Shown piece after piece: positions 27,457 to 36,188 of a stretch of DNA of 64,000 bases (position 1 is its first letter; each line of letters begins with the position of its first letter). The stretch lies in IMG/VR virus record IMGVR_UViG_3300036987_000310, positions 192,001 to 256,000 of that record; one strand, 5' to 3'. The notes below the pieces were generated by a model that made no database searches, had not been told where the DNA came from, and saw nothing but the letters and a program-made list of their open reading frames with translations. The translations under genes and the position numbers were made by a program. Origin of the DNA: a virus. Taxonomy: Duplodnaviria > Caudoviricetes.

Positions 27457-27539
27457 GCTTTACCCTCCCACCCGGTATGTGCGCGATCGGTCGACTGCCA
27501 ACGCGCTCCAGGAGTTATGCACTTTTTAGGCTAAATACC

Positions 27540-28088
27540 TCATGTGCCCATGACTTTTTGAACGGAAAGAATTTTCTTCGCTTGCTCAATCTGCTCTTTC
27601 GTTGCAAATTCCCGAGCTAACCTTTTCAAATTGAAGTTTTCCGTTCTGAGAACCGTTAGGTCTGCCCCGTGTTCTAGGAGCAATTTGCACACTTCAAAAT
27701 TCTCATATTGTGCGGCCCACCGGAGTGAACGATCATTGTGTGCGTGAACGTCTGCCCCATGTTCTAGGAGCAGTTTGCACACTTCCAGGTGCCCATTGTG
27801 CGCAGCACACTCTAACGCATAATCGTCCGCACGAATACCTGCTCCATGTTCTAGGAACAGCTTACATACTTCAAAATGCCCGTTTGATGCAGCAAACTGG
27901 AGCGCCTGATCACCGTCTGCATGAACGTTCGCCCCGTTTTCTAGAAGCAGTTTGCACACTTTAGGGTGTCCGTTTGACGCAGCCCACTGGAGCGCCAAGT
28001 CGTTCTTTGCATGGACGTCCTCCCCGTTCTCTAGAAACAGTTTGCACGCCTCAAAGTCACCAAGTTTTGCGGCTTCGATCAGACCCAT
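27540..28088 (-). CDS. ankyrin-repeat protein (5 repeats) with C-terminal tag
   Basis: start MGLIEAA by homology to paralogs; ends LSVQKVMGT*. Confidence 0.95.
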   Translation of the reverse strand: MGLIEAAKLGDFEACKLFLENGEDVHAKNDLALQWAASNGHPKVCKLLLENGANVHADGDQALQFAASNGHFEVCKLFLEHGAGIRADDYALECAAHNGHLEVCKLLLEHGADVHAHNDRSLRWAAQYENFEVCKLLLEHGADLTVLRTENFNLKRLAREFATKEQIEQAKKILSVQKVMGT

Positions 28089-28098
28089 GGTTTGGCTT

Positions 28099-28539
28099 TC
28101 ACGCTTCTTCCCGAACAGTTTGCACGAGCTCGGAAAGCTTGTTCGCCAGGTCTCTGAGCTCTCCTTCAGGCAATTCCTGCGCAGCCTCGAACAGAGTTTG
28201 CACTCGATCCTTCGGGCGTCGCTCAATTACCTCGAGCGACAACAGCTCCCCGACTTCCGGGTTGAAGGTCCTATACCCGCCTTCGTGGAGCTTCTCCCCC
28301 GTCAGCTTGTCCCGGTTGTAAGCCATGATCGTGAGCACCTTCTGGCCTCGGCGCGTGGTCCACAGGGCTTCCAAGGTCCCCACGTAGTGGCGCCTGTTGC
28401 AGCCTTCCTCGTGAACGGCGCGCTCCGATTCGAGCATTTGCCTGTCTGTTGGCGGCTCCCCGGCCTTGTAAGACACAAAGAGCAAGGAGCCTCGGCCGCA
28501 GTCCCTGAGCTTGTTCACCATCTGGCTCGTTGTCAACAT
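28099..28539 (-). CDS. hypothetical protein
   Basis: promoter motif plus GGAGGTGA. Confidence 0.75.
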   Translation of the reverse strand: MLTTSQMVNKLRDCGRGSLLFVSYKAGEPPTDRQMLESERAVHEEGCNRRHYVGTLEALWTTRRGQKVLTIMAYNRDKLTGEKLHEGGYRTFNPEVGELLSLEVIERRPKDRVQTLFEAAQELPEGELRDLANKLSELVQTVREEA

Positions 28540-28559
28540 TTCGTCACCTCCGCAATCGG

Positions 28560-28584
28560 ATACGCGCGGCAGAGTGCAGGCTTC
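28560..28584 (-). promoter_or_regulatory. promoter-like motif GAAGCC-N13-GCGTAT
   Basis: upstream of 28099..28539. Confidence 0.6.
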
Positions 28585-28592
28585 GCCATCCT

Positions 28593-28775
28593 TCAGTCCA
28601 GATTTACGTCTCTTACCAGGTTTAGATCGTCTGCCAATCGGTAAGCTTCGTTTCTCCGCATGTTCTCGTCAACCAGTTGTTCGTAGCTTCTCAAGCTGTG
28701 TCCGAACCCAAAAACGAGGTATGCCTTCACTCGCGAATCATACACGACCGACCATGCTCCTTGAGTTTCTTTCAT
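28593..28775 (-). CDS. hypothetical protein
   Basis: ATGA-coupled MKETQG...; ends VRDVNLD*. Confidence 0.55.
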   Translation of the reverse strand: MKETQGAWSVVYDSRVKAYLVFGFGHSLRSYEQLVDENMRRNEAYRLADDLNLVRDVNLD

Positions 28776-29119
28776 TCTTGCATGAGGTTTCTGGCTTCGC
28801 CCAAGTTGTGCCACTCTCGAATCTGATATGCCAAGTCTTCTGCTGACAGCTCCTTGCCCAAGAAGACTTGTTGCTCGCAATGGGAAAAGACCGATTCCAG
28901 TCCGCGCGGGTCGATGTTGCTGTCGTCGTTGCAAACTAGAACAGTGTATTCGTCGGTCAGTCCCGGATCCGGCTCATACTCGATGCATTGGGTGACATAC
29001 CACCATTTCCCCCAGAACCATCCAATGAACGCCATGGAGTTGATGCCGGCGTCGTCGCAATCGGTTTCTTCCATGGAGCCCATGGCTCTTTCGCAAGCAT
29101 CGAGAACAACGTCTTTCAT
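28772..29119 (-). CDS. acidic hypothetical protein with C-terminal tag
   Basis: GGAGGTGA SD; ends EARNLMQE*. Confidence 0.7.
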   Translation of the reverse strand: MKDVVLDACERAMGSMEETDCDDAGINSMAFIGWFWGKWWYVTQCIEYEPDPGLTDEYTVLVCNDDSNIDPRGLESVFSHCEQQVFLGKELSAEDLAYQIREWHNLGEARNLMQE

Positions 29120-29145
29120 CCTGGTCACCTCCGATCCCACGCACA

Positions 29146-29619
29146 TTATGCGCTCATGACTTTTTGAACGGCAAGTTCACTTTTCGCTTGCTCAATTTGT
29201 TCTTCTGTCGCAAACTCTTTAACGACCTTTTTCAAATTGAACTTTTTTGTTCTCAGAACTGTTAGGTCTGCCCCGTGTTTTAGGAGCAGTTTGCACACTT
29301 CAAAGTGCCCATGTGTTGCAGCATATTGGAGCGTCCAATCGTCTTCTGCATGAACGTTTGCTCCATGTTCCAGGAGCAGTTTGCACACTTCCAGATGCCC
29401 ATAGCATGCAGCCCGCTGGAGCGCCCAGTCGTTTTCTGCATAGACGTTTGCTCCGTGTTCCAAGAGCAGTTTGCAAATTTCCAAGTGCCCACTGTATGCA
29501 GCATTTTGGAGCGCACGATCGTTCTTTGCATGGACATCCGCCCCGTTTTCCAGGAGCAGTTTGCACACTTCCAGGTGCCCATTCTGTGCGGCTTCGATCA
29601 GGTCATTGTCGTTTCCCAT
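29146..29619 (-). CDS. ankyrin-repeat protein (4 repeats) with C-terminal tag
   Basis: ends LAVQKVMSA*. Confidence 0.95.
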   Translation of the reverse strand: MGNDNDLIEAAQNGHLEVCKLLLENGADVHAKNDRALQNAAYSGHLEICKLLLEHGANVYAENDWALQRAACYGHLEVCKLLLEHGANVHAEDDWTLQYAATHGHFEVCKLLLKHGADLTVLRTKKFNLKKVVKEFATEEQIEQAKSELAVQKVMSA

Positions 29620-29629
29620 TTTTGGTCGC

Positions 29630-30193
29630 CTAAATTTCCTGAACGTGCGCCACGGCTTCTTCAGCCATGACTGTTCGCGCCAATTTGTTCAGCTGTCGGG
29701 GAGTTGCTCCAGAGCGGCGCGCAGACCGCATGGCAGCTAAAGCTCGATTCAAGTCCCCCTGAATTTTTCGAGCTTCGCGCTTTTTCTCGGGCTCTCTGCT
29801 AACTCGCAAAGTCCTGAGCTGGGCGGCCAACTTGTTGAAGCCGCCTCCTCCGCCACGCCTCGTGAGCTCTTCCTTCATCTCTCTTTGTATGTAGTGGCGC
29901 GTGATTGAACGACTGCGCGAGAGCGACCAGTCGCGCCATTCGGGGCGCAGGCCGAACTTCTTGAAGAGGGACCAGATCAGTTGCGAGTCTGCGTCAAACT
30001 GGTCCAAATCTGGGATTCGCGCGGCAACTTTCACGGTCTTCTTGTCAAATCGCAAGCCGACGTGCACGATCGTGAAAGACTTGTTGTAGGACGGCTTGAT
30101 CAGCTTGGCGTTGGCGAGGAATGCCACGATGAGAGACGCCTTGGCGTCGTTCTCGTCGCAGAATTCTTTCGTCGTTTTCCCGAATTCGTCCAT
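29630..30193 (-). CDS. hypothetical protein with C-terminal tag
   Basis: ends GATPRQL...EEAVAHVQEI*. Confidence 0.8.
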   Translation of the reverse strand: MDEFGKTTKEFCDENDAKASLIVAFLANAKLIKPSYNKSFTIVHVGLRFDKKTVKVAARIPDLDQFDADSQLIWSLFKKFGLRPEWRDWSLSRSRSITRHYIQREMKEELTRRGGGGGFNKLAAQLRTLRVSREPEKKREARKIQGDLNRALAAMRSARRSGATPRQLNKLARTVMAEEAVAHVQEI

Positions 30194-30213
30194 TCGGCCA
30201 CCTCCGAGATCGA

Positions 30214-30238
30214 ATACGCGGCGAGCTCGCGCAGCTCC
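30214..30238 (-). promoter_or_regulatory. promoter-like motif GGAGCT-N13-GCGTAT
   Basis: consensus copy upstream of 29630..30193. Confidence 0.75.
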
Positions 30239-30241
30239 GAC

Positions 30242-30514
30242 TTACCCTGACTGGACTTTTTTCACTCGGCGAAGATTGATCGCGTCTTGGGCTTCTTGAA
30301 CAGTCATTTTGTGTACAGCTGTTTTGTAGCGACGCACGAACTTCAGCATCATGTCGTACGACACAGGGTTGTGCAAAATGTCTTTCATCAAGGCGAGCAA
30401 GACTTCTGGGTTTTTGTCCAAAATCTCCCCATAGTCGCAAAAACCAGTGTCCGCGAACCAGTCAGCGAGCACCGCCGAAAACTCTTCTTTCACGCCTTGT
30501 TTGGAAACTTTCAT
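30242..30514 (-). CDS. hypothetical protein with C-terminal tag
   Basis: ends RRVKKVQSG*. Confidence 0.75.
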   Translation of the reverse strand: MKVSKQGVKEEFSAVLADWFADTGFCDYGEILDKNPEVLLALMKDILHNPVSYDMMLKFVRRYKTAVHKMTVQEAQDAINLRRVKKVQSG

Positions 30515-30540
30515 GACTCACGACTCCCGAGTTTCTGGCT

Positions 30541-30966
30541 TCATTTGCTCATCACCGACATCAGGCGAAACTCGTCCCATGCCATTTTGAAGACTTCGGG
30601 CCAGTGGTCTGCCAAAGCGGCATTTTTCTGAGTGCACATGACTCGCAAGAAATTTCTCTTGGCATCGTTCATGTGCAGCTGCAGTTTTTCGTCTTCCACG
30701 CTAGACCCGTTGTCGGGCTCCACGCTGGAGACGTCTCCCCTGCGGCGAAGCACGAGCTTTCCGCCCCACCGGGTGCCGTCGTACCCGTACCCGCTTGGAG
30801 TGTGCTTGTCTCGAGCACACTCCTCGCAAAACCCCATCACGTCTTCGTACACTCCGTTGTCGCGCCACAAGTGGGAGTACTTCACCCGGAAAAAGATCTT
30901 GGCTTGACGCCCACAGTTCTTGGTTCTGTCCTTGTTGGGAATTTTTTTCATGCCGTTGCATCGCAT
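30541..30966 (-). CDS. hypothetical protein with C-terminal tag
   Basis: GAGGTGA SD; CEEC; ends EFRLMSVMSK*. Confidence 0.75.
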   Translation of the reverse strand: MRCNGMKKIPNKDRTKNCGRQAKIFFRVKYSHLWRDNGVYEDVMGFCEECARDKHTPSGYGYDGTRWGGKLVLRRRGDVSSVEPDNGSSVEDEKLQLHMNDAKRNFLRVMCTQKNAALADHWPEVFKMAWDEFRLMSVMSK

Positions 30967-30986
30967 TGCGTCACCTCTCGCGTCCG

Positions 30987-31011
30987 ATACCGCGCTGCGA
31001 GTCGCGGCTCC
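30987..31011 (-). promoter_or_regulatory. promoter-like motif GGAGCC-N13-CGGTAT
   Basis: one of a back-to-back divergent pair. Confidence 0.6.
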
Positions 31012-31051
31012 GCCATTTTTTAGAAGTTTGTGCCTAAACAACTGAGGGGGT

Positions 31052-31076
31052 GGAGGTCGCGATCCGATCAGCGTAC
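31052..31076 (+). promoter_or_regulatory. promoter-like motif GGAGGT-N13-GCGTAC
   Basis: upstream of the BRCT gene. Confidence 0.65.
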
Positions 31077-31095
31077 CGGACAGCGGAGGTGTCGC

Positions 31096-31413
31096 ATGGC
31101 GCGAAAGAACGACAAGACAGACGTTTTGGACATGATCGAAGTGATGGAAGTGGAGGGTAGGCCCCTGGCCCACATGCGCATTTGCATCACTGGCCACCTG
31201 GCCAAATCTCGGGACGAAATTGTGAAGCTCATCAAGCAAGGCGGAGGAGAGTTTCACTCCTCGATGAAGTACCACACGACCCATCTGCTCACCAACGCGG
31301 ACTGGACAAAGAACTCTGTCGACGGAACGTCTTCCAAGTTCAAGAAGGCAAAGGAATATGGGGTCAAGGTCATCAACGAAGAGCAGTTTCTGGCCCTGCT
31401 GACCGGTCCATGA
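31096..31413 (+). CDS. stand-alone BRCT-domain protein
   Basis: ICITGHL...RDEI..LI..GGG....TTHLL...SSKFKKAKEYGVKVINEEQF (LigA-type BRCT). Confidence 0.88.
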   Translation: MARKNDKTDVLDMIEVMEVEGRPLAHMRICITGHLAKSRDEIVKLIKQGGGEFHSSMKYHTTHLLTNADWTKNSVDGTSSKFKKAKEYGVKVINEEQFLALLTGP

Positions 31414-31598
31414 AGTGCGAAAGCTTCGATTGCGTCGGCTCTTTTGACGAGCACGAATGCGAAGAAGAAGCTGTCTACTTTTTCGCATGGGGTGATGACG
31501 CGATCGCCGTTTGCGATCGCCATTCCCACATTTATCTCGGAGACAGCACCGAGATGTCTGAAACAGAATTCCTGATCGCCAGAATCCATCAACAGTGA
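31410..31598 (+). CDS. small zinc-finger protein (family A) with C-terminal tag
   Basis: C...CEEEAVYFF...VCDRH...MSETEFLIARIHQQ*. Confidence 0.75.
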   Translation: MKCESFDCVGSFDEHECEEEAVYFFAWGDDAIAVCDRHSHIYLGDSTEMSETEFLIARIHQQ

Positions 31599-31607
31599 GG
31601 TGGCTGA

Positions 31608-32351
31608 ATGAAGCGCTTTTGCATTGACAACAAATCGGATCCAGACTTGGTAAGACAAGCTGTTGTCGATCTCAAAAGAACAGTTCGGCTTGGAAAAAGG
31701 GCTGAAAAAGTTTTGCAGGCTCTGAAGCAAGACGGACACTTTGACGGGGATGTCCCGATTGTCGCCAAAAACGGATACCTCGGATACGTCGCTTCTGTCC
31801 ACAAGTTTCCCGCGTACCAGCCGATTTCCCGCGACGACATCCCGGGGTGGAGCGAGATTTCCGTCGAATGCGACGAGAGGCGCACTGGCGAGCATGGTGG
31901 TTCGAAGTTTTACACCATGCCCGTCTTCTTGAGAGGTCAAGCTCTGTACGCTCAGCTCGACGATGACAACATGCTCACCGGAAAAATTGCGCAAAAGCTC
32001 CAAAAGTTGAAGATCGCGTCGGCAAGGCTTGGCGAATGCCGTCTCAAGTCAAACGGAACGGTCACGTTCGCCGTGAGCGACAGGTACTATTGCGGCGCTG
32101 TTTTTCGCGTCAGGCGCAACATCAACGCGTCTGCTAATGCCAAAGCGGATGCTAAGGCTTTCGCCAGCATCCTGGCTCAAGCTTTGGTTCAGTTCGACGA
32201 CCGAGACTGGCACGCAAAGGCTCGCACCCCGCAAAAATTGCTTGACTTGCGGCAAACGGTTCCTTCATGGCTGATTGAAGACGGGCATGTCGAGCGCATG
32301 TTCAACGACATGTTGGACGCGATTGAAATCGTAAATGTTATGGGAGTTTAG
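31608..32351 (+). CDS. hypothetical protein, paralog of 47088..47813, with C-terminal tag
   Basis: shared AL..DGHFD...FP motif; ends IEIVNVMGV*. Confidence 0.8.
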   Translation: MKRFCIDNKSDPDLVRQAVVDLKRTVRLGKRAEKVLQALKQDGHFDGDVPIVAKNGYLGYVASVHKFPAYQPISRDDIPGWSEISVECDERRTGEHGGSKFYTMPVFLRGQALYAQLDDDNMLTGKIAQKLQKLKIASARLGECRLKSNGTVTFAVSDRYYCGAVFRVRRNINASANAKADAKAFASILAQALVQFDDRDWHAKARTPQKLLDLRQTVPSWLIEDGHVERMFNDMLDAIEIVNVMGV

Positions 32352-32484
32352 TGGATTGGGTCTAGCAAACCACAATCTTCGTGTAAATCGAGCGAGTGAG
32401 CAAGCGAGTTTAACAGGCGGGGGCCCGCCTCCAAGTCGGAGGGTCAGTCTGCCCTAGAAACGGTCCCGCATCAGCATTCAAACA

Positions 32485-32532
32485 CGAATTTGGCGGATCG
32501 TCAAGTTTAAGTCTGACGATCCGCCAAATTCG
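32485..32532. terminator. perfect 19-bp hairpin between convergent genes
   Basis: CGAATTTGGCGGATCGTCA-N10-TGACGATCCGCCAAATTCG; no clear U tract. Confidence 0.5.
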
Positions 32533-32583
32533 ACATCCCAGTTGGCGATTCGCTATCGCCGCTTATCCCAAATTCTTCCGTCC

Positions 32584-32697
32584 GCCTACTGCGCAGCCGT
32601 CGGGTCTTCGCTTGCGCCATCAGCCAATTCCCAGTTTCAAATGGGGAACCCCCATATAAAGCCTACTGCGCAGTTGTTGGGTCCTCGCTTGCGCCAT
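32584..32697. repeat. 37-bp direct repeat (33/37 identical)
   Basis: 32584-32620 versus 32661-32697. Confidence 0.85.
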
Positions 32698-32757
32698 GAC
32701 TGGCCCAGACTAAAAGGTGTTTTTGCCTCACGTAGTGTCCAGCATATCATCCTCCTC

Positions 32758-33114
32758 TCACATTGTCATGACTTGTCGAACCTGTGCCTGCTTAAGCCAT
32801 CCTATAAGAATGCAAGAAACCTTTCGAGGAGAGTCTGTGCTGTTCAATCCGAAAACGTGCACAAACGGGCCCCCGCCAGCAAGTGCTCGAAGCTCCAAGC
32901 CTCTCCTGATTTTTGTTTTTGAAATCAGGAGGAGGCCGACGCTCACTCCGTTGGCTGACAGCATCCAACGACCCGTCGTCTCATTCCACCAACAGCAGTC
33001 GGGCTGGGTTTGGAACCCAGCTTTGTTTAATCGAGACAGAATGCACTGCGTCACCTCCTTGGCTAGAGTGTCCAACGCTTTGGATGTGTCTGCCAAGGGC
33101 TTTCTTGTTCTCAT
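32758..33114 (-). CDS. hypothetical protein with C-terminal tag
   Basis: ATGA-coupled; ends QVRQVMTM*. Confidence 0.7.
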   Translation of the reverse strand: MRTRKPLADTSKALDTLAKEVTQCILSRLNKAGFQTQPDCCWWNETTGRWMLSANGVSVGLLLISKTKIRRGLELRALAGGGPFVHVFGLNSTDSPRKVSCILIGWLKQAQVRQVMTM

Positions 33115-33326
33115 GTGGTTTGAACTTCTTGAATTATCCACTCTTCAAAGCCATCGTCGAACGAAACCTTTTCAATTCCTGTTGGAAGATGGCGCCGAAG
33201 AAAATCGTTCAAACAATCTGAGCACACGGGGCGAAGCTTCATGCTGTCCTTGAAACGTATGAAGCAGTCAGCGTTGTTTTCCCTGCCCCTAATCCAGCAC
33301 GTGTAGCACGTCGGGCGCGTCACCAT
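33111..33326 (-). CDS. small zinc-finger protein (family A) with C-terminal tag
   Basis: CYTC...RPVCSDC...VSFDDGFEEWIIQEVQTT*. Confidence 0.8.
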   Translation of the reverse strand: MVTRPTCYTCWIRGRENNADCFIRFKDSMKLRPVCSDCLNDFLRRHLPTGIEKVSFDDGFEEWIIQEVQTT

Positions 33327-33670
33327 TTGTTCGACCGCCGAGAGCGACGACGTCGCCGCAGGGGCGCCCCGACGGGCTCTAGCGGCTGCGCGCCATGTCG
33401 CTCGATCTCCTCGGCTAGCTGGTTGGTGCCCGCTGCGCGCAAATCGAACAATACCGTGGCACAGTCTGCTCTTCCGTTCCGATCGTGTTTGAGAACAAAC
33501 AGAACCCCGTCGGCCAGCATCTGACTGTCTCCGGACGACGTTTTCTCCTTCAACGGAGTTCCAATTTCAAAAAGCTTCATCATTTCCCTCAGCGCGGCCT
33601 CTCTTGAAGAGTTTGGCATGCGCCTTTCAATGAAGCGATCAATCGCGTGTTCGGTAAAGCTGACCCTCAT
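33320..33670 (-). CDS. putative RelE/BrnT-like (DUF4258-like) fold protein
   Basis: N-terminal VSFTEHAIDRFIER motif. Confidence 0.55.
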   Translation of the reverse strand: MRVSFTEHAIDRFIERRMPNSSREAALREMMKLFEIGTPLKEKTSSGDSQMLADGVLFVLKHDRNGRADCATVLFDLRAAGTNQLAEEIERHGAQPLEPVGAPLRRRRRSRRSNKW

Positions 33671-33737
33671 GGCAAATTTCCTTAAAAGTCACCTCGTTTT
33701 GAGCCGGGGCGGTTCTTTAGACCGCCCCTCCTAAATT

Positions 33738-34715
33738 TTACGCAACAGCCCGTTGGGCGCGCTTGGCGGCTTGTTGGGCATCCCACTCCTCGATGGTGGG
33801 GATTCGGACGGTGCCGTTGGCGGTCTTGGCACATTCCCCAGAGTAGTGGAGCATCATCTGCTTCCACAGGGCGGCCTTGGTCTCCGGGCGCTTCGCCACG
33901 ATCAGGCCACGCTCTGCCTTGTCGTAGAAGCAGTGGGGAATGTTGCGGTAACAGTCCTGGCTCCATTCGCGGGTCCATTCGCGGGTACGCACTCGAACGT
34001 GGTAATGGCCGGGATGCCTTTCCGAGTCCTTGATCCACATCATGGCCAAGGAATCGCGCAAAGCCGCGGCAAGCTTCTTGTACCCCAAGCACTCGATCGC
34101 GTTTGCGCAAGCCGTGTGCACGGGGGACTTGCGGTTCAAGGCCGCGATCCGCACCAAGCCGTTCATCAAGCCGCGCACCCCGAGAGGCTTGTAGTGCTCC
34201 GTGAGGAAGTCCACGAGGGCGGGGTATCCGCTCAGTTCAATCATGGCTCCCATTTCGTCAGGATCCGTGGGCTCCTCGGCGTATCCCTTGGAAGAGCACT
34301 CCGGGCCCATGCCCCGCTCGACAGACACGGCGTCCGTGAGCTTGAGCTTGCAGCGGACGCACTGGGTGCAGATCCCGTTCAGGACCATGTTGCCGTGGAC
34401 CATCTTCTCGGTGGAGATAGCCCCGACCAAAGGCCGATTCAGCTCCAAGCGGTGCGCCTTTTCAGCCGAAGTCTCCTTGACCACAGGGGTTGGGTCCTGA
34501 ACGGACAGGACGGGGGCGGGGTCTGAAGCGGGTGGCGGCTCGCTCGAAGGGGGCTCGGGCTCGGGGGAAACTCCTCGTTCGAAGTCCTTCTCCTGCGCGG
34601 ACAGCCGAAGCTCCAGAGCCTCTTGCTCGCTGTCCGCCACTGCAACGGCATCGTCTTCTTGACCGTTCGCAGCAGCAAGTAGTGCATCCAATTGACTAAC
34701 GAAATCTTGCGACAT
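33738..34715 (-). CDS. DUF6011-like zinc-motif protein
   Basis: CVRCKLKLTDAVSVERGMGPEC; start set by internal promoter plus GGAGGTGA (frame stays open to 34817). Confidence 0.75.
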   Translation of the reverse strand: MSQDFVSQLDALLAAANGQEDDAVAVADSEQEALELRLSAQEKDFERGVSPEPEPPSSEPPPASDPAPVLSVQDPTPVVKETSAEKAHRLELNRPLVGAISTEKMVHGNMVLNGICTQCVRCKLKLTDAVSVERGMGPECSSKGYAEEPTDPDEMGAMIELSGYPALVDFLTEHYKPLGVRGLMNGLVRIAALNRKSPVHTACANAIECLGYKKLAAALRDSLAMMWIKDSERHPGHYHVRVRTREWTREWSQDCYRNIPHCFYDKAERGLIVAKRPETKAALWKQMMLHYSGECAKTANGTVRIPTIEEWDAQQAAKRAQRAVA

Positions 34716-34735
34716 TGCGTCACCTCCACTGTTTG

Positions 34736-34760
34736 GTACTCGTGGCGCGCTCGGGCTTTC
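34736..34760 (-). promoter_or_regulatory. promoter-like motif GAAAGC-N13-GAGTAC
   Basis: upstream of MSQDFV start at 34715. Confidence 0.65.
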
Positions 34761-34832
34761 GATCATTTCCAAGCGCCGTTCTTCCTCTTCAATCATTTGC
34801 TGTTTTACTGCTCCCATAGCGACCCCGTACGT

Positions 34833-34877
34833 TCAAAACTGTTGAACTTCCATGATGATCGCTTCGTCCCGAAACAT
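34833..34877 (-). pseudogene. orphan tag-only mini-ORF MFRDEAIIMEVQQF*
   Basis: hand-translated directly downstream of 34895..35116. Confidence 0.5.
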
Positions 34878-34894
34878 TTTTGAAAACCAGTTGT

Positions 34895-35116
34895 CTAGCT
34901 TTCCATGATTTCCTTGACGTGCTCCACTTCGCGTTGGTGTTTCCATTCGTCCATGCCGTCTTCCAGCGATTGACATAGAATGTGGGACTTTCTTTGTAGA
35001 AGGCACAAGTCACAAGCCGGCACCAAAGTTCCGCTTTCCAGTCTAAGAAACACAGTGGCTTCCTGCCATGTGTGCACCCCGTTGCGAAATCCTGTCGAGC
35101 ATATTCGACACTTCAT
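34895..35116 (-). CDS. small zinc-finger protein (family A) with C-terminal tag
   Basis: CRIC...ATVFL...ACDLC...EHVKEIMES*. Confidence 0.8.
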   Translation of the reverse strand: MKCRICSTGFRNGVHTWQEATVFLRLESGTLVPACDLCLLQRKSHILCQSLEDGMDEWKHQREVEHVKEIMES

Positions 35117-35127
35117 GGCTAACTCAG

Positions 35128-35922
35128 CTATGAGTCCATGAGCTCTTTGACGCCCGCCAAGTCGAGAGCTGCTTTGAAATCGCCTTCATCAATGAAGGCG
35201 GCATCCGCTTGATTTCGGCGGCAGAAGTTCAACAGGTTGGACATTGCGTCGAAGTGGTCTCGCGCGAATTGAAAAGTCTTGAACATGTCCTCGGAGCTCA
35301 TGCCCGTCAGTTCGTTGCGGTTCTTCATCAGTTCTTTCACCAGCTTGGCCTGGAAATTCAGCCTCTGGCGTCCGCCAAGCTTGTCAATGTACCGATCGAC
35401 TTCCGCCGGAAATGCGGCAGCTTGCTTGTCCCATTCGGCGCGAACCCTTGCGTCAAGCTCGCGGAGCTCCGCGCAGTTGTTTTCCAACCATGTGCCGAGG
35501 GGTTCAGTGTTGTACTGGCTGTACCCAGTCACTTCAAACGGCTTTCCCACCAAGATGGTTGGCAAGGCAGGCTTTGAAAAATTGGGGTTGAACTCTTGCA
35601 GCGGCGTGGTTGGACTGTAGTCGTATTCAATTACGTACGGCGTCACGGCGTATTTGTGAACTGCGGCAATTATGGTCGACCCGTCGGTGATGAACACCTT
35701 CGGAAAGCCCCACAACCCGCGGCGAGTCAGCGAACTGTGGCTGCTGCCCCGGTTTGGCGGCTTCTTTGAGACGCCGATTTTCTTGACTTCGACGCGAGCT
35801 CGTTTCAAAAATGCGACGCTCAACTCCATCTTGACAACAGTTTCGTTGCAAGTCTTTTCATGCCACAACATTTGGCTGCATTCTTGTTCGGCCCACTCGT
35901 CCACTGCTTGTTTCAAATCCAT
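35128..35922 (-). CDS. hypothetical protein with C-terminal tag
   Basis: GAGGTGA SD; ends AGVKELMDS*. Confidence 0.8.
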   Translation of the reverse strand: MDLKQAVDEWAEQECSQMLWHEKTCNETVVKMELSVAFLKRARVEVKKIGVSKKPPNRGSSHSSLTRRGLWGFPKVFITDGSTIIAAVHKYAVTPYVIEYDYSPTTPLQEFNPNFSKPALPTILVGKPFEVTGYSQYNTEPLGTWLENNCAELRELDARVRAEWDKQAAAFPAEVDRYIDKLGGRQRLNFQAKLVKELMKNRNELTGMSSEDMFKTFQFARDHFDAMSNLLNFCRRNQADAAFIDEGDFKAALDLAGVKELMDS

Positions 35923-35940
35923 CTCTTCACCTCGACAGCC

Positions 35941-36159
35941 CTAAGACGACATTGTTTCCTGAACCAGCCACTCGTCCCATCCATCCTCGATGGACACTCG
36001 TTTGGCGACGTCATCAAACGAATTGTCCAGGCATTCGCGACATAGCGGCCTGAGCTTGCCATTCATGGTGCGCATGAACAAGGCTGCCTGCTTCGAGCAC
36101 GTCGAGCGCTCAGCAAACCTGACGTCCCACTCAGGAATCTTCCTGGCGCACTTCACCAT
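35941..36159 (-). CDS. small zinc-finger protein (family A) with C-terminal tag
   Basis: C...CSKQAALF...PLCREC...VSIEDGWDEWLVQETMSS*. Confidence 0.8.
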   Translation of the reverse strand: MVKCARKIPEWDVRFAERSTCSKQAALFMRTMNGKLRPLCRECLDNSFDDVAKRVSIEDGWDEWLVQETMSS

Positions 36160-36188
36160 TCAATTTCTCCTCAGTCTTCCGTGATCGA

